64,000 nucleotides of DNA from Dolichospermum sp. OTE_75_concoct_329_sub (GTDB taxonomy: Bacteria; Cyanobacteriota; Cyanobacteriia; Cyanobacteriales; Nostocaceae): contig JANMEE010000036.1 in assembly GCA_031376645.1 (NCBI GenBank), forward strand, positions 8,239-72,238. The letters are read 5' to 3'. Below are positions 41,804 to 52,292 of the stretch, in pieces; within the stretch, counting starts at the first letter, position 1; every line of letters starts with the position of its first letter. The position numbers and the translations under genes were made by a program. The notes below the pieces were generated by a model. That model saw nothing but the letters and a program-made list of their open reading frames with translations, did no database searches and was not told the DNA's origin.

Positions 41804-42092
41804 TAGTAGGTTGGGTTGACGTAAGGAAACCCAACTCCATTAATTCCGATAATTAACAAAAAAGCCCAAGCAGATTCTACACTTAATAATAGCACAAAAA
41901 GTCAAGGAGATTTATCAATCCTGTAAAAACGTATTTCCGTTAACTTATTGACAGCATTATCAATAAATTTGAGAATATAGACTACTTATTCTCAATAAAC
42001 ATCAACTTCCTCAATTTTGTAGAAATTTCCATTTAAAAAACTTATATGTTTCAAGTAACGATAAGTTCCTTCTTCTCGTTTTCTCTCGTTCT

Positions 42093-42205
42093 CTCGTTCC
42101 AGTCTTTGACTGGGAATGAATTCTAGAAGTCTCTGACTTCATTTCCACCAATAACAAAAGGCAGAGACTTGATGATAGCATTCCCAGTCAGAGACTGGGA
42201 ACGAG
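42093..42205. repeat. Palindromic MITE-like repeat (CTCGTTCC..CAGTC..GACTGGGAATG / CATTCCCAGTC..GACTGGGAACGAG)
   Basis: Inverted ends read directly; lies just downstream of the PatA-like gene. Confidence 0.7.
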
Positions 42206-42210
42206 GTTAA

Positions 42211-43626
42211 TTATGCTAAGTGCATAAAAATTATTTTGAGCAACTCAGCACGAGTAAAAGGTTTAGTTAGATATCCAGAAGCACCGACAAATCTAGCTTT
42301 TACCTTATCTATAATCCCCTTATTGCTAGTTACAAAAATAATGGGAATAGTTTTAAACATGGAATTATTGCGGATAATGCGACATAGTTCATAACCATCA
42401 ATTCCTGCCATATTTAAATCCAGTAAAATCAGATCAGGTTTATGTCTAATAATTGACATTACTGCTTTCACCGGTTCATTAATAGTCACCAAAGTAAAAT
42501 TCTCATCTTCTAAATAACGGCTGATTTCCTTGAGAATTGTGGGACTATCATCTACAGAAATAATTTTGTAAGTCTTTTGTGTGGTTTTTGTATTTACTTT
42601 GACTTTTTGAGAATCGGCATCTATGTTATTATCAACAGCTAAGAGTGAAAAATCCTCTGGAGGTAACTCAGCAATATCTGTTACTAATTGCTGAACTGCT
42701 ACATTATTCTGAGAAACAATTGGAGTTTCTGGAGAAGTATCTTTACTGGGTTCTACATCCGAAACCAATAATTTACCTCTAATTAATTCTGTGCTATCTT
42801 CAGAAAATAGTAATGAACTACCACAGGTTTTTGGCAATTTATCAAATGGAGGATCTGGCTCATGTAATACTATCGAACCCTTAACAATATAGGGGTATAA
42901 ACTTAGTGCTAATTGCAATTCATCCTGATTCATGATAATCGCTAGATGACGCAAGCTAAAACCCTTCATCCAATTGGTGATATTCTCTTTTAGGGGTGGT
43001 AATCTTTTATCCTGAAATTTGCTACTAACTAATAAATAGGGACGCTGATAAGGAGAAGATATATATCTACCAAGATACCGCCAATTTTGTAACTGATTTT
43101 GACATTTTTCCAAAATATCAGTGATATCTAATTTACAAATTATGGGAAAATTTTTCAGTGGTTCTATTAGTTTATAAGTGCCTGTTTTAATGAGGATAAA
43201 TGATTCAATTACCTCTTTAACTAATTCTTGAATAAGTAATGTTGCCTGCTCAGGAAGAAAATGTTGTTCCGTGATCAGCCAATTAATCGCTTCATATTCT
43301 GGAAGTTGGTTTGGTAAAAGATTATTATCTTCAGGCTCAAATACTAAGCGCATTTGTACACGCACTTCATTATCTACGAGAGGAATTTCTTGATGGAGAC
43401 GACGCATCTGTCGTTCTAATCTATCAAAAGGTTCTACTGAATGAGTTGCATAGATAATTTTTCCCTGTTCTATATATATCAACCAACTTACAGAGTTACT
43501 ATATGCTTGTAAACAGGTAGTTTCATAACAATTGCTTAATTGTCTTAATAAACCTTTGGGAGATAATTTGGTAAAAGTGCCAGTATTTTCCATATTTTTA
43601 CAATTTTTTGGCGGATACATCAACAT
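42211..43626 (-). CDS. PatA-family response regulator (PATAN/DUF4388 + linker + receiver)
   Basis: W..YIEQGKIIYATHS; C-terminal SVDDSP, LILLDLNM, IIFVTS, YLTKPF. Confidence 0.88.
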   Translation of the reverse strand: MLMYPPKNCKNMENTGTFTKLSPKGLLRQLSNCYETTCLQAYSNSVSWLIYIEQGKIIYATHSVEPFDRLERQMRRLHQEIPLVDNEVRVQMRLVFEPEDNNLLPNQLPEYEAINWLITEQHFLPEQATLLIQELVKEVIESFILIKTGTYKLIEPLKNFPIICKLDITDILEKCQNQLQNWRYLGRYISSPYQRPYLLVSSKFQDKRLPPLKENITNWMKGFSLRHLAIIMNQDELQLALSLYPYIVKGSIVLHEPDPPFDKLPKTCGSSLLFSEDSTELIRGKLLVSDVEPSKDTSPETPIVSQNNVAVQQLVTDIAELPPEDFSLLAVDNNIDADSQKVKVNTKTTQKTYKIISVDDSPTILKEISRYLEDENFTLVTINEPVKAVMSIIRHKPDLILLDLNMAGIDGYELCRIIRNNSMFKTIPIIFVTSNKGIIDKVKARFVGASGYLTKPFTRAELLKIIFMHLA

Positions 43627-43844
43627 AGTATTGGAAAAGATTAAATATCAGGTGGCAATCTGATATCACCAGGAAATATGGTCATGATTACAAGTTATTA
43701 AATTATGAATATCAATGAAAAACAGCTTCTAAAAATTCTCCAAACTTTGAATGTAACAGTTGTTGTAGTTTTTTATTTTGATTTTTCACCAGTTGTTTAG
43801 ATACAAATCTCTGTTCTGTCATATTTTATAGCTATTTCATCCAA

Positions 43845-44073
43845 GAAGGGAACACCGGAACAGTTTTTACTATTTCCTGTTGCCGAACTGGGGTCTAAAG
43901 CCCCCTTTTACGTTACTCCGGTGTTCCCGGTTCACAGTTTTTACTATTTCCTGTTGCCGAACACTGGAGTAAGAGACTCCGACTTCTATAAGTCGAGTGT
44001 TTCAAGTGGGGTCTAAATCTCCCTTTTATGTTACTCCGGTGTTCCCTGTTTACAGTTCCGGTGTTCTCTCTTC
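43845..44073. repeat. About 74-nt tandem repeat (2+ units) with terminal inverted repeats and a 44-nt insert in unit 2
   Basis: CAGTTTTTACTATTTCCTGTTGCCGAAC at 43861 and 43935; TGGGGTCTAAA...GTTACTCCGGTGTTCCC at 43889 and 44007; GGGAACACCGGAAC and GTTCCGGTGTTC at the ends. Confidence 0.85.
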
Positions 44074-44602
44074 ATCTTGATAAACTATATAGTGATACTA
44101 TTAGGTATACTGAGACTTTTTGGTGATTTAAACGCATCAACTTTTCGACTGATCTTTCTCCTTTTCGTAAATTAAACAATAATGAATTTATTTACCTAAA
44201 GACAGAGGAAATCCCACATAGAATCTTTAAAAATTTATGGAGGTAAATGTATATATTGATTATTACATCAGAAAAGCAACTCAACAGACTGGAGAATCTA
44301 GGTGAAAAACTAGGACTTCGCCCTGTTTGACTCGTTGACTCCTAACTTAGTAACTCCTGCATTATCCCATTTTAACTTTAGTAAAGTTCAATTATGGCAG
44401 ACACTTGACAATAAGTAAGATTAAATATCCTCATAAATCACCAGTGACTAAAGTAGTGATGAAGAGTAGGAAAGACATTTGGTCAATTCACCCCAAATCA
44501 ATATCTTTACTGAAAAACTCAAGTATCTCCCGCAAAATACCATAGTTTTAGTCATACTAACGCCAGAAACTATATACTTTAGAGTAAAAGGAAAATAAAA
44601 CT

Positions 44603-45304
44603 TTGAATTATAACATAACACAAGAAGTTATGATTGATACATTTAATCTTGACGAAGTTGTAGAATTTGCAGAAAATCCCGAACCACGTTGTCCATGCGT
44701 GCTATTGCTGGATACCTCTGGCTCGATGCAAGGGGAACGAATCGAAGCTTTAAATCAAGGTTTGCTGAGTTTAAAGGATGAACTAGTCAAAAATTCCCTA
44801 GCATCCAGAAGGGTAGAGGTGGCAATTATTACATTTGATAGTAATATCAATGTCGTGCAGGACTTTATCACTGCCGATCAATTTAACCCTCCCATTCTCA
44901 CAGCCCAAGGTTTAACAATTATGGGTTCAGCAATTCATAAAGCATTAGATATTGTTCAAGAGCGCAAATCCCAATATCGCACTAATGGGATTGCTTACTA
45001 CCGTCCTTGGGTGTTCATGATTACCGATGGTGAACCCCAAGGTGAAACTGATTCAACATTAGAACAAGCTGCCCAAAGACTGCAAGCAGATGAGTCTAAT
45101 AAGCGGGTGGCTTTCTTTGCAGTGGGTGTGGAAAATGCGAATATGAGCCAATTAAGTCAAATTTCTGTGCGTAGTCCACTGAAATTAAAAGGATTAAACT
45201 TTATTGAGATGTTTGTTTGGCTATCTGCCAGTATGTCAGCCGTATCTCATTCTCAGGTAGATGAACAGGTAGCCCTACCACCAATTGGTTGGGGATCTGT
45301 TTAA
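44603..45304 (+). CDS. vWA-domain protein (TerY/YegL-like)
   Basis: PCVLLLDTSGSM (MIDAS), ITFDS, YRPWVFMITDGEP, MFVWLSASM. Confidence 0.9.
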   Translation: MNYNITQEVMIDTFNLDEVVEFAENPEPRCPCVLLLDTSGSMQGERIEALNQGLLSLKDELVKNSLASRRVEVAIITFDSNINVVQDFITADQFNPPILTAQGLTIMGSAIHKALDIVQERKSQYRTNGIAYYRPWVFMITDGEPQGETDSTLEQAAQRLQADESNKRVAFFAVGVENANMSQLSQISVRSPLKLKGLNFIEMFVWLSASMSAVSHSQVDEQVALPPIGWGSV

Positions 45305-45356
45305 TGAAAATTACAGCTTGTTGTTTAAACTGAACTAGCTGTGGAAAACAAATTAT

Positions 45357-46139
45357 ATGAATACATCAAAACAGACTTCTCAATGGCGGATAGTAGCTGC
45401 ATCTGTATGCGGAACTAGTCACTCCAAAAACCAGCAACTTTGTCAGGATGCTCACCATTGGCAGCTATTGGCAAATAATGTGTTGGTGATAGCAGCAGCA
45501 GATGGTGCGGGTTCTGCTAAACTAGGAAAGGTGGGATCAATGATTGCGGTAGAAACGGCAATAGAACATCTTTCTCGCCAAGAGATTACAAATAATACCC
45601 TTGCTAATGATGATGTTTTGCGTTATTTACTAACTGATGCCATGTTAGTAGCCCGCAATGCTATAGAAACTGAGGCGGATGTTTGTAATCATCAACCGCA
45701 TGATTTAGCAACTACCTTAATTCTCATGATTGCTACACCAGAAATTGTCGCTGTAGCGCAAATTGGTGATGGTTTGGCTGTAGCTAGGAATAGTATGGGC
45801 AACCTGATAGCCTTAACCATCCCTAGTAATGGTGAATATATCAATGAAACGACTTTTTTAACATCTATTGATGCAATGGATACAGCACAAATTAAAGTAT
45901 GGCGGGAAGAGATTGTGAATGTTGGTGTTCTGACTGATGGGTTGCAGATGTTAGCTTTGAATATGATTATTGGTGAACCTCACAAACCTTTCTTTTTCCC
46001 TTTATTTGAATTTGTCGCCAATGCTGAAGATAGAATATTAGGAAAAGAACATTTAATGAGGTTTTTAAGCTCTGATAAGATTACCCAGCGGACTGATGAT
46101 GATTTGACCCTAATTTTAGCTGCATTTATCAACTCATAA
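45357..46139 (+). CDS. PP2C-like protein phosphatase (YegK/TerY-P type)
   Basis: SVCGTSH, CQDAH, ADGAGSA, QIGDG, GEYINETTF, LTDGLQ, RTDDDLTL. Confidence 0.9.
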   Translation: MNTSKQTSQWRIVAASVCGTSHSKNQQLCQDAHHWQLLANNVLVIAAADGAGSAKLGKVGSMIAVETAIEHLSRQEITNNTLANDDVLRYLLTDAMLVARNAIETEADVCNHQPHDLATTLILMIATPEIVAVAQIGDGLAVARNSMGNLIALTIPSNGEYINETTFLTSIDAMDTAQIKVWREEIVNVGVLTDGLQMLALNMIIGEPHKPFFFPLFEFVANAEDRILGKEHLMRFLSSDKITQRTDDDLTLILAAFINS

Positions 46140-46241
46140 GTTTTAGTAATTAGGGATTAAAAACAGGGTGGTGTTAGCTATCTTCTAAATTTTCTGAACT
46201 GTTGACTGATTCTAATCACTTCACATAACCTTAATTCTGCC

Positions 46242-48437
46242 ATGCAGGTACTACGTCGTCTTCCCAACCCGGAAATTCTCAACCTCTCTGTCAGTGTGGG
46301 ACATGGTGGTGAAGCTTGTATATATGCAGTGCCATCGAATGATAATTTAGTAGCGAAAATCTATCACAAACCAACGATCTCTTATGCCCAAAAACTGCGG
46401 GCGATGCTTGCTAATCCCCCAGTTAATCCGACGGACAATTTAGGGCATATTGCCATTGCTTGGCCGCAGGAATTGTTGCAGGCGGCAGATGGTAGCGGTA
46501 CGATTGTTGGATTTGTGATGCCCAGGATTCGGGGAATGCGGCCAATTATGGATTTTTATAATCCAGGTGTTCGCCGACAAAATTGCCCAAAATTTAATTA
46601 TCAGTATTTATTGCGGACAGCCCGTAATCTGGCGGCGGCTTTTGCGGCTTTGCACGCCAGCCGTTACTGTATTGGTGATGTAAATGAGTCGAATATTTTG
46701 GTTAGTGATACAGCTTTGGTGACGTTGGTAGATACAGACTCATTCCAAGTTCCAGAACCATTACAGAATGTTGTTTATCGTTGTTCTGTGGGTAAGCCGG
46801 AATATACGCCTCCAGAACTACAGAATAAAACTTTTGCTGACTATGACCGGGAAAGTTCTCATGATTTGTTTGGTTTGGCAGTGCTGATTTTCCAATTGTT
46901 AATGGAAGGAACACACCCGTTTTCTGGGATATTTCAAGGTGGGATTGAACCTCCAACTTATCAGGGGCGGATACTTTCTGGCCATTTTACCTATAGTCAA
47001 AAGAAACAGGTTCCGTATTTGCCAACTCCTATTTCTCCGCGTTGGGATCTGCTTCATCCCAGTTTGCAGGATTTATTTGTCCGTTGTTTTGAAGAAGGTC
47101 ATGACAATCCCAGATTACGCCCTAATGCTCAAAATTGGTTGTCGGCATTAACTGCGGTGGAGCAGAGTTTGGAGACTTGTACGGCTAATCCCCAGCACCT
47201 CTATCATAATCATTTGGATAAATGTCCTTGGTGTGAACGGACTAGACGATTAGGTGGGAGAGATCCGTTTCCGTCAGTATCGGCGATCGCTTCTAAACAA
47301 CATCTACAACCACGGGAAAAACTTAAATCTAAACGTCGCTATACTCCTACTCCACGGATTACCCAGCCATTCAGAGCAAATTCTCCGGTATATCATTGGC
47401 AACCAATACCTAATCAGCAATTTTATCCTGTTCCCTCTCGTCAAAAATTAAACTCAAAGGTATATGGTGTCATTTTTGCTGTGATGGGGTTGAGTATTTT
47501 GGGCTGTTTAGACATAATGGTTAAATTTACCCGTCCTTTTGTTTCCCAAAATCCTTACACTCAACAAAGTTTGATGCCTCGTTCTGCTAATCAAGCTCCT
47601 AATCTGATAAATCTTTCTTTTTCGGATTACTATCAGCGCGGTGATGCTGCATATCAACAGCAAGACTATCAACAAGCAGTTGTTAATTTTACCCAAGCTC
47701 TTAAAAAGAATCCCCAATCTGCTAAAGGTTATCTAAATTTGGGTAATGCCCAATACAATTTAAATGATTATGAAGGCGCATTAGCTAATTATAATCAAGC
47801 TTTAAAGCTGAACTCCCAAGAAGTTAAAGCTTATATAAATCGCGGTAATGCTTATTATATGATGGCTGATTATAGTAATGATCCTGACAAAGAATATAAA
47901 CAAGCGATCACTGATTTTAATACTGCTATTAATATAGATAAAAATGACGCGGAAGCTTATATCAGAAGGGGTATTGTTCGATTTGAAATTAACAAATACA
48001 TCAATAATTCTTTTCAGGAATACCAAAAATCAATTGCCGATTTTACTAAAGCAATTAAACTCAATGCATCTAAAGTAGATGCTTACTTTCAACGGGGTTT
48101 AGTTCGTTATCAAATTGCTCAATACAGTAGTAATTATGCGGCAGAATATAAACAAGCAATTGCTGATTTTACGGAAGCATTAAAAATCAATCCCCGATTG
48201 GCTAAAATTTATCTGAAACGTGGTATGGCTTACTATGAACTAGCACAATATGGAGCAGGTATATCTGATAAAAACCATCTTCAAGCAGTTTCAGATTTAG
48301 AAACAGCCGCTAAAGTTTCTCTAGAGGAAAATGATATGGATAATTATCAACAGTCTCTCAGTAGCATTTGTATTGTAGTCGCTAATAAATGTGACAGTTT
48401 ATTATCTAATACAATTTTCACTAAACAAAGTAATTGA
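46242..48437 (+). CDS. YegI/TerY-P-like atypical Ser/Thr kinase + Zn-ribbon + TM + TPR repeats
   Basis: GHGGEACIY, VAKIY, IAWPQ, IGDVNESNILV, VDTDS, GKPEYTPPELQ, DLFGLA..IFQLLMEG.HPF; C...H...CPWC; TM VIFAVMGLSILG; several TPRs (AY..RG......A..DF..AI). Confidence 0.88.
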   Translation: MQVLRRLPNPEILNLSVSVGHGGEACIYAVPSNDNLVAKIYHKPTISYAQKLRAMLANPPVNPTDNLGHIAIAWPQELLQAADGSGTIVGFVMPRIRGMRPIMDFYNPGVRRQNCPKFNYQYLLRTARNLAAAFAALHASRYCIGDVNESNILVSDTALVTLVDTDSFQVPEPLQNVVYRCSVGKPEYTPPELQNKTFADYDRESSHDLFGLAVLIFQLLMEGTHPFSGIFQGGIEPPTYQGRILSGHFTYSQKKQVPYLPTPISPRWDLLHPSLQDLFVRCFEEGHDNPRLRPNAQNWLSALTAVEQSLETCTANPQHLYHNHLDKCPWCERTRRLGGRDPFPSVSAIASKQHLQPREKLKSKRRYTPTPRITQPFRANSPVYHWQPIPNQQFYPVPSRQKLNSKVYGVIFAVMGLSILGCLDIMVKFTRPFVSQNPYTQQSLMPRSANQAPNLINLSFSDYYQRGDAAYQQQDYQQAVVNFTQALKKNPQSAKGYLNLGNAQYNLNDYEGALANYNQALKLNSQEVKAYINRGNAYYMMADYSNDPDKEYKQAITDFNTAINIDKNDAEAYIRRGIVRFEINKYINNSFQEYQKSIADFTKAIKLNASKVDAYFQRGLVRYQIAQYSSNYAAEYKQAIADFTEALKINPRLAKIYLKRGMAYYELAQYGAGISDKNHLQAVSDLETAAKVSLEENDMDNYQQSLSSICIVVANKCDSLLSNTIFTKQSN

Positions 48438-48445
48438 TACATTGG

Positions 48446-48931
<486 letters not shown>

Positions 48932-49109
48932 TGCTAGAAATATTTTACATATAAAATATCTTAGTTTATTTGTTCTTTATCATTTTCTAGAAATTTACAG
49001 TTAAATTATATTTATCTACCTAATAAAGAGAAAGAAAAAATTATTGTGCATTCTCTTCATTTCGATCAATTTAAATTATAACCCACCTGCAAATCTTTGA
49101 GGTAACTAC

Positions 49110-49883
49110 ATGAAAGCAGTGATTCTAGCAGGAGGTCTGGGTACAAGGTTAAGTGAAGAAACCAGTATCAGACCCAAACCAATGGTTGAAGTTGGTGGTA
49201 AGCCAATTCTCTGGCACATCATGAAGACTTATTCTGCTCACGGTATTAATGATTTCATTATCTGTTGCGGTTACAAAGGGTATGTCATTAAAGAATACTT
49301 TGCTAACTATTTTTTACATATGTCAGACGTGACATTTGATATGCGCTTTAATCAAATGAATGTCCATTCTGGATATGCTGAACCTTGGCGCGTCACCTTA
49401 GTAAATACAGGTGATAATACAATGACAGGTGGACGTTTAAAACAAGTTCGTGAACATATTGGCAATGAAACCTTTTGTTTTACTTATGGTGATGGTGTAA
49501 GTAATATTAATATTACAGAATTAATTAAATTCCATCAAGAACAAAAGACATTAGCAACACTTAGCGCGGTACAACCAGCAGGAAGATTTGGGGCAATTTC
49601 TCTAGGACAAGAACAAACTAAAATTACCAGTTTTAAAGAAAAACCCGAAGGTGATGGTGCTTGGATTAATGGCGGCTATTTTGTTCTAGAACCACAAGTA
49701 ATTGATTTTATTGCTGATACCTCAACAGTGTGGGAGAAAGAACCATTAGAAAAGTTAGCTGATTTAGAACAATTATCTGCTTACAAACATGATGGTTTTT
49801 GGCAACCAATGGACACATTAAGAGATAAAAACTATCTAGAGGAGCTATGGAAAAGTGGTCAAGCTCCTTGGCAAGTGTGGTAA
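49110..49883 (+). CDS. rfbF: Glucose-1-phosphate cytidylyltransferase
   Basis: MKAVILAGGLGTRLSEET..RPKPMVE, TMTGGRL, TYGDGV, WINGGYF, FWQPMDTLRDK. Confidence 0.97.
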   Translation: MKAVILAGGLGTRLSEETSIRPKPMVEVGGKPILWHIMKTYSAHGINDFIICCGYKGYVIKEYFANYFLHMSDVTFDMRFNQMNVHSGYAEPWRVTLVNTGDNTMTGGRLKQVREHIGNETFCFTYGDGVSNINITELIKFHQEQKTLATLSAVQPAGRFGAISLGQEQTKITSFKEKPEGDGAWINGGYFVLEPQVIDFIADTSTVWEKEPLEKLADLEQLSAYKHDGFWQPMDTLRDKNYLEELWKSGQAPWQVW

Positions 49884-49934
49884 AAACAATTTTGGATTTT
49901 AGATTTTGAATTTTGGATAAGGGAAAGATTACTA

Positions 49935-51152
49935 ATGTATGATTTTGCGATTATTGGTGGGGGAATAGTTGGACTTTCCACTGCTATGGCTTTAGGAGAG
50001 CGTTATCCAAATGCCAAAATATTAGTGTTAGAAAAAGAGAGTCAATGGGCATTTCATCAAACTGGTAATAATAGCGGTGTAATTCATTCTGGTCTTTACT
50101 ATAAACCAGGAAGTTTTAAGGCTAAATTTTGCCGTGACGGTAGTCGGTCAATGGTAGAATTTTGCCAGAAGTATGATATTGATCATGAAGTTTGTGGTAA
50201 AGTTATTGTTGCCACTAATGAACAAGAATTACCACGCTTAGAAAATCTCTACATTCGCGGGCTAGAAAACGATATTCCTGTTAAAAGAATTAGCCCTGAA
50301 GAAGTTAAAGAAATTGAACCTCATGTTAGTTGTGTCGGTGGAGTTCAGGTATTTAGTACAGGGATTGTTAATTACAAAAAAGTTTGTTTAAAATACGCGG
50401 AATTAATTGGCAAGCAAGGGGGAGATTTACGTCTCCATACCCAAGTTTTAAAAATCTCTCGCAGTGGCAAAAATCAGGTATTAGAAACTAACAAAGGCAG
50501 TTTTGAAACTCGATTTGTGATCAATTGTGCCGGATTGCATAGCGATCGCATTGCTAAATTAGGCAAGGTTAATCCCCAAGCCAAAATAGTTCCTTTCCGG
50601 GGAGAATATTACGAACTAACCCCTGAAAAACGCTATTTGGTTAAAACTCTCATTTATCCAGTTCCTAACCCAGATTTTCCCTTCTTGGGTGTCCACTTTA
50701 CGCGAATGATTGATAACAGTGTTCATGCGGGACCAAATGCAGTTCTCAGTCTTAAACGTGAAGGTTACAAAAAAACTGATTTTGACTTGAGAGATTTTGC
50801 CGAAGTAATCACCTATCCCGGTTTCTGGAAACTAGCAGCAAAACACGCTGACGAAGGGATTCAAGAAATTATTCGTTCCTTTAGTAAAGCCGCCTTTGTC
50901 AAAAGTTTGCAAAAACTAATTCCCGAAGTCCAAGCAGAAGATGTTATTCCTACCCATGCAGGAGTACGCGCTCAAGCATTGATGAATAATGGTTCTCTAG
51001 TAGATGATTTTTTAATCGTTGAAGGTGAGAATTCTATTCATGTTTGTAATGCACCTTCACCTGCTGCTACTTCTTCCTTGGAAATTGGTAAAGCAATTGT
51101 GTCCCAAATTCCCGAACAGTCTACTCTTTTAGAAATGGCAATAAGAAAATAA
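49935..51152 (+). CDS. lhgO: L-2-hydroxyglutarate oxidase
   Basis: IIGGGIVG, HQTGNNSGVIHSGLYYKPGSFKA, PFLGVHFTR, NAPSPAATSSL. Confidence 0.92.
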   Translation: MYDFAIIGGGIVGLSTAMALGERYPNAKILVLEKESQWAFHQTGNNSGVIHSGLYYKPGSFKAKFCRDGSRSMVEFCQKYDIDHEVCGKVIVATNEQELPRLENLYIRGLENDIPVKRISPEEVKEIEPHVSCVGGVQVFSTGIVNYKKVCLKYAELIGKQGGDLRLHTQVLKISRSGKNQVLETNKGSFETRFVINCAGLHSDRIAKLGKVNPQAKIVPFRGEYYELTPEKRYLVKTLIYPVPNPDFPFLGVHFTRMIDNSVHAGPNAVLSLKREGYKKTDFDLRDFAEVITYPGFWKLAAKHADEGIQEIIRSFSKAAFVKSLQKLIPEVQAEDVIPTHAGVRAQALMNNGSLVDDFLIVEGENSIHVCNAPSPAATSSLEIGKAIVSQIPEQSTLLEMAIRK

Positions 51153-51246
51153 CTTTTGATTAATTACTTTGCATCTACCCTACATTGGCTAGGGCTACTC
51201 TTAATCTAGTTCAAAATAAGTGAATTATTAAATTAATCACTGATGA

Positions 51247-52248
51247 TTGTCATCACATTCAGCTAGATTTTCATCTTCAGTAACGTTAATTATTAGGATT
51301 TTTGGTATGTATGTTGACTCTAAGCTTCAGCCGATTATATTAGTTTGTGCTGCTGATAATAACTATGCCATGCCCCTGGCAGTAACAGTTCGTTCAGCAC
51401 TGGCAAATCTGGAAAGTAATCGAAAGATAGCATTATTTATTCTTGATGGAGGGATTAGTAAATCTAACAAAAATAAAATTACTCAATCACTTCAATCAGA
51501 ACAAATTGATATTTCATGGTTACAAATAGATGATACGCAGTTAAACAATCTGCTATTGACTAGGCATCTAACCACTGCCGCATATTATCGTCTCCTAATT
51601 ACTGAATTTTTACCACCAGAGTTTGATAAAGCAATTTATCTAGACACAGATATGGTAGTCAACGGAAATTTAGAAGAATTATGGAATATTCCTCTAAAAG
51701 ACAATTATGTATTAGCAGTGCAAGACGATGTACAACTTTATATATCAATGTGTGATGGGTTGAAGAATGACCATAATCTTATGTCTGGTTCAGATTATAA
51801 ATATTTTAATTCTGGACTTTTAGTCATTAATCTAGAAAAATGGCGCAAGGAAAATATAGGAACAAAAGTCATTGAATATATCAATCAAAATAGAGAATAT
51901 CTAATCAACGATCAAGATGGGCTAAATGCAATTTTAGCAGGTAAATGGGGAGAAATTCATCCGAGATGGAATCAGATGCCCAGAATATATGATTATTCAT
52001 CCTGGCAAGAAAGTCCTTACCCAGAAGATATCTATAAGGAACTACTGCATAAACCTTACATAATTCACTTTACTAATTCTCCTAAACCCTGGTATGCAGG
52101 ATTGCAAGCACAATGTAAACACCCCAAAAAAGATTTATTTTTCCAATATCTTGACATGACATCTTGGTCAGGATGGCGAGATACTTTTTTGAGAAAATTG
52201 GGGCGAAAATTCATGAAAATGACATCATTAACTACCTCAAAACTCTAA
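51247..52248 (+). CDS. Glycosyltransferase family 8
   Basis: AADNNY, YYRLL, AIYLDTD, YFNSG, DQDGLN, IIHFT..PKPW. Likely ATG at about 51307. Confidence 0.9.
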   Translation: MSSHSARFSSSVTLIIRIFGMYVDSKLQPIILVCAADNNYAMPLAVTVRSALANLESNRKIALFILDGGISKSNKNKITQSLQSEQIDISWLQIDDTQLNNLLLTRHLTTAAYYRLLITEFLPPEFDKAIYLDTDMVVNGNLEELWNIPLKDNYVLAVQDDVQLYISMCDGLKNDHNLMSGSDYKYFNSGLLVINLEKWRKENIGTKVIEYINQNREYLINDQDGLNAILAGKWGEIHPRWNQMPRIYDYSSWQESPYPEDIYKELLHKPYIIHFTNSPKPWYAGLQAQCKHPKKDLFFQYLDMTSWSGWRDTFLRKLGRKFMKMTSLTTSKL

Positions 52249-52292
52249 AAAAATTGTGGTAGCAAATATCTTAAATCATCAATAGCAAGGAA

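Noticed and set aside
43630-44600. NtcA (GTA-N8-TAC) and LexA boxes in the large divergent intergenic region
   Set aside because: Candidates I checked had wrong spacing or mismatches; the scan was manual and not exhaustive.
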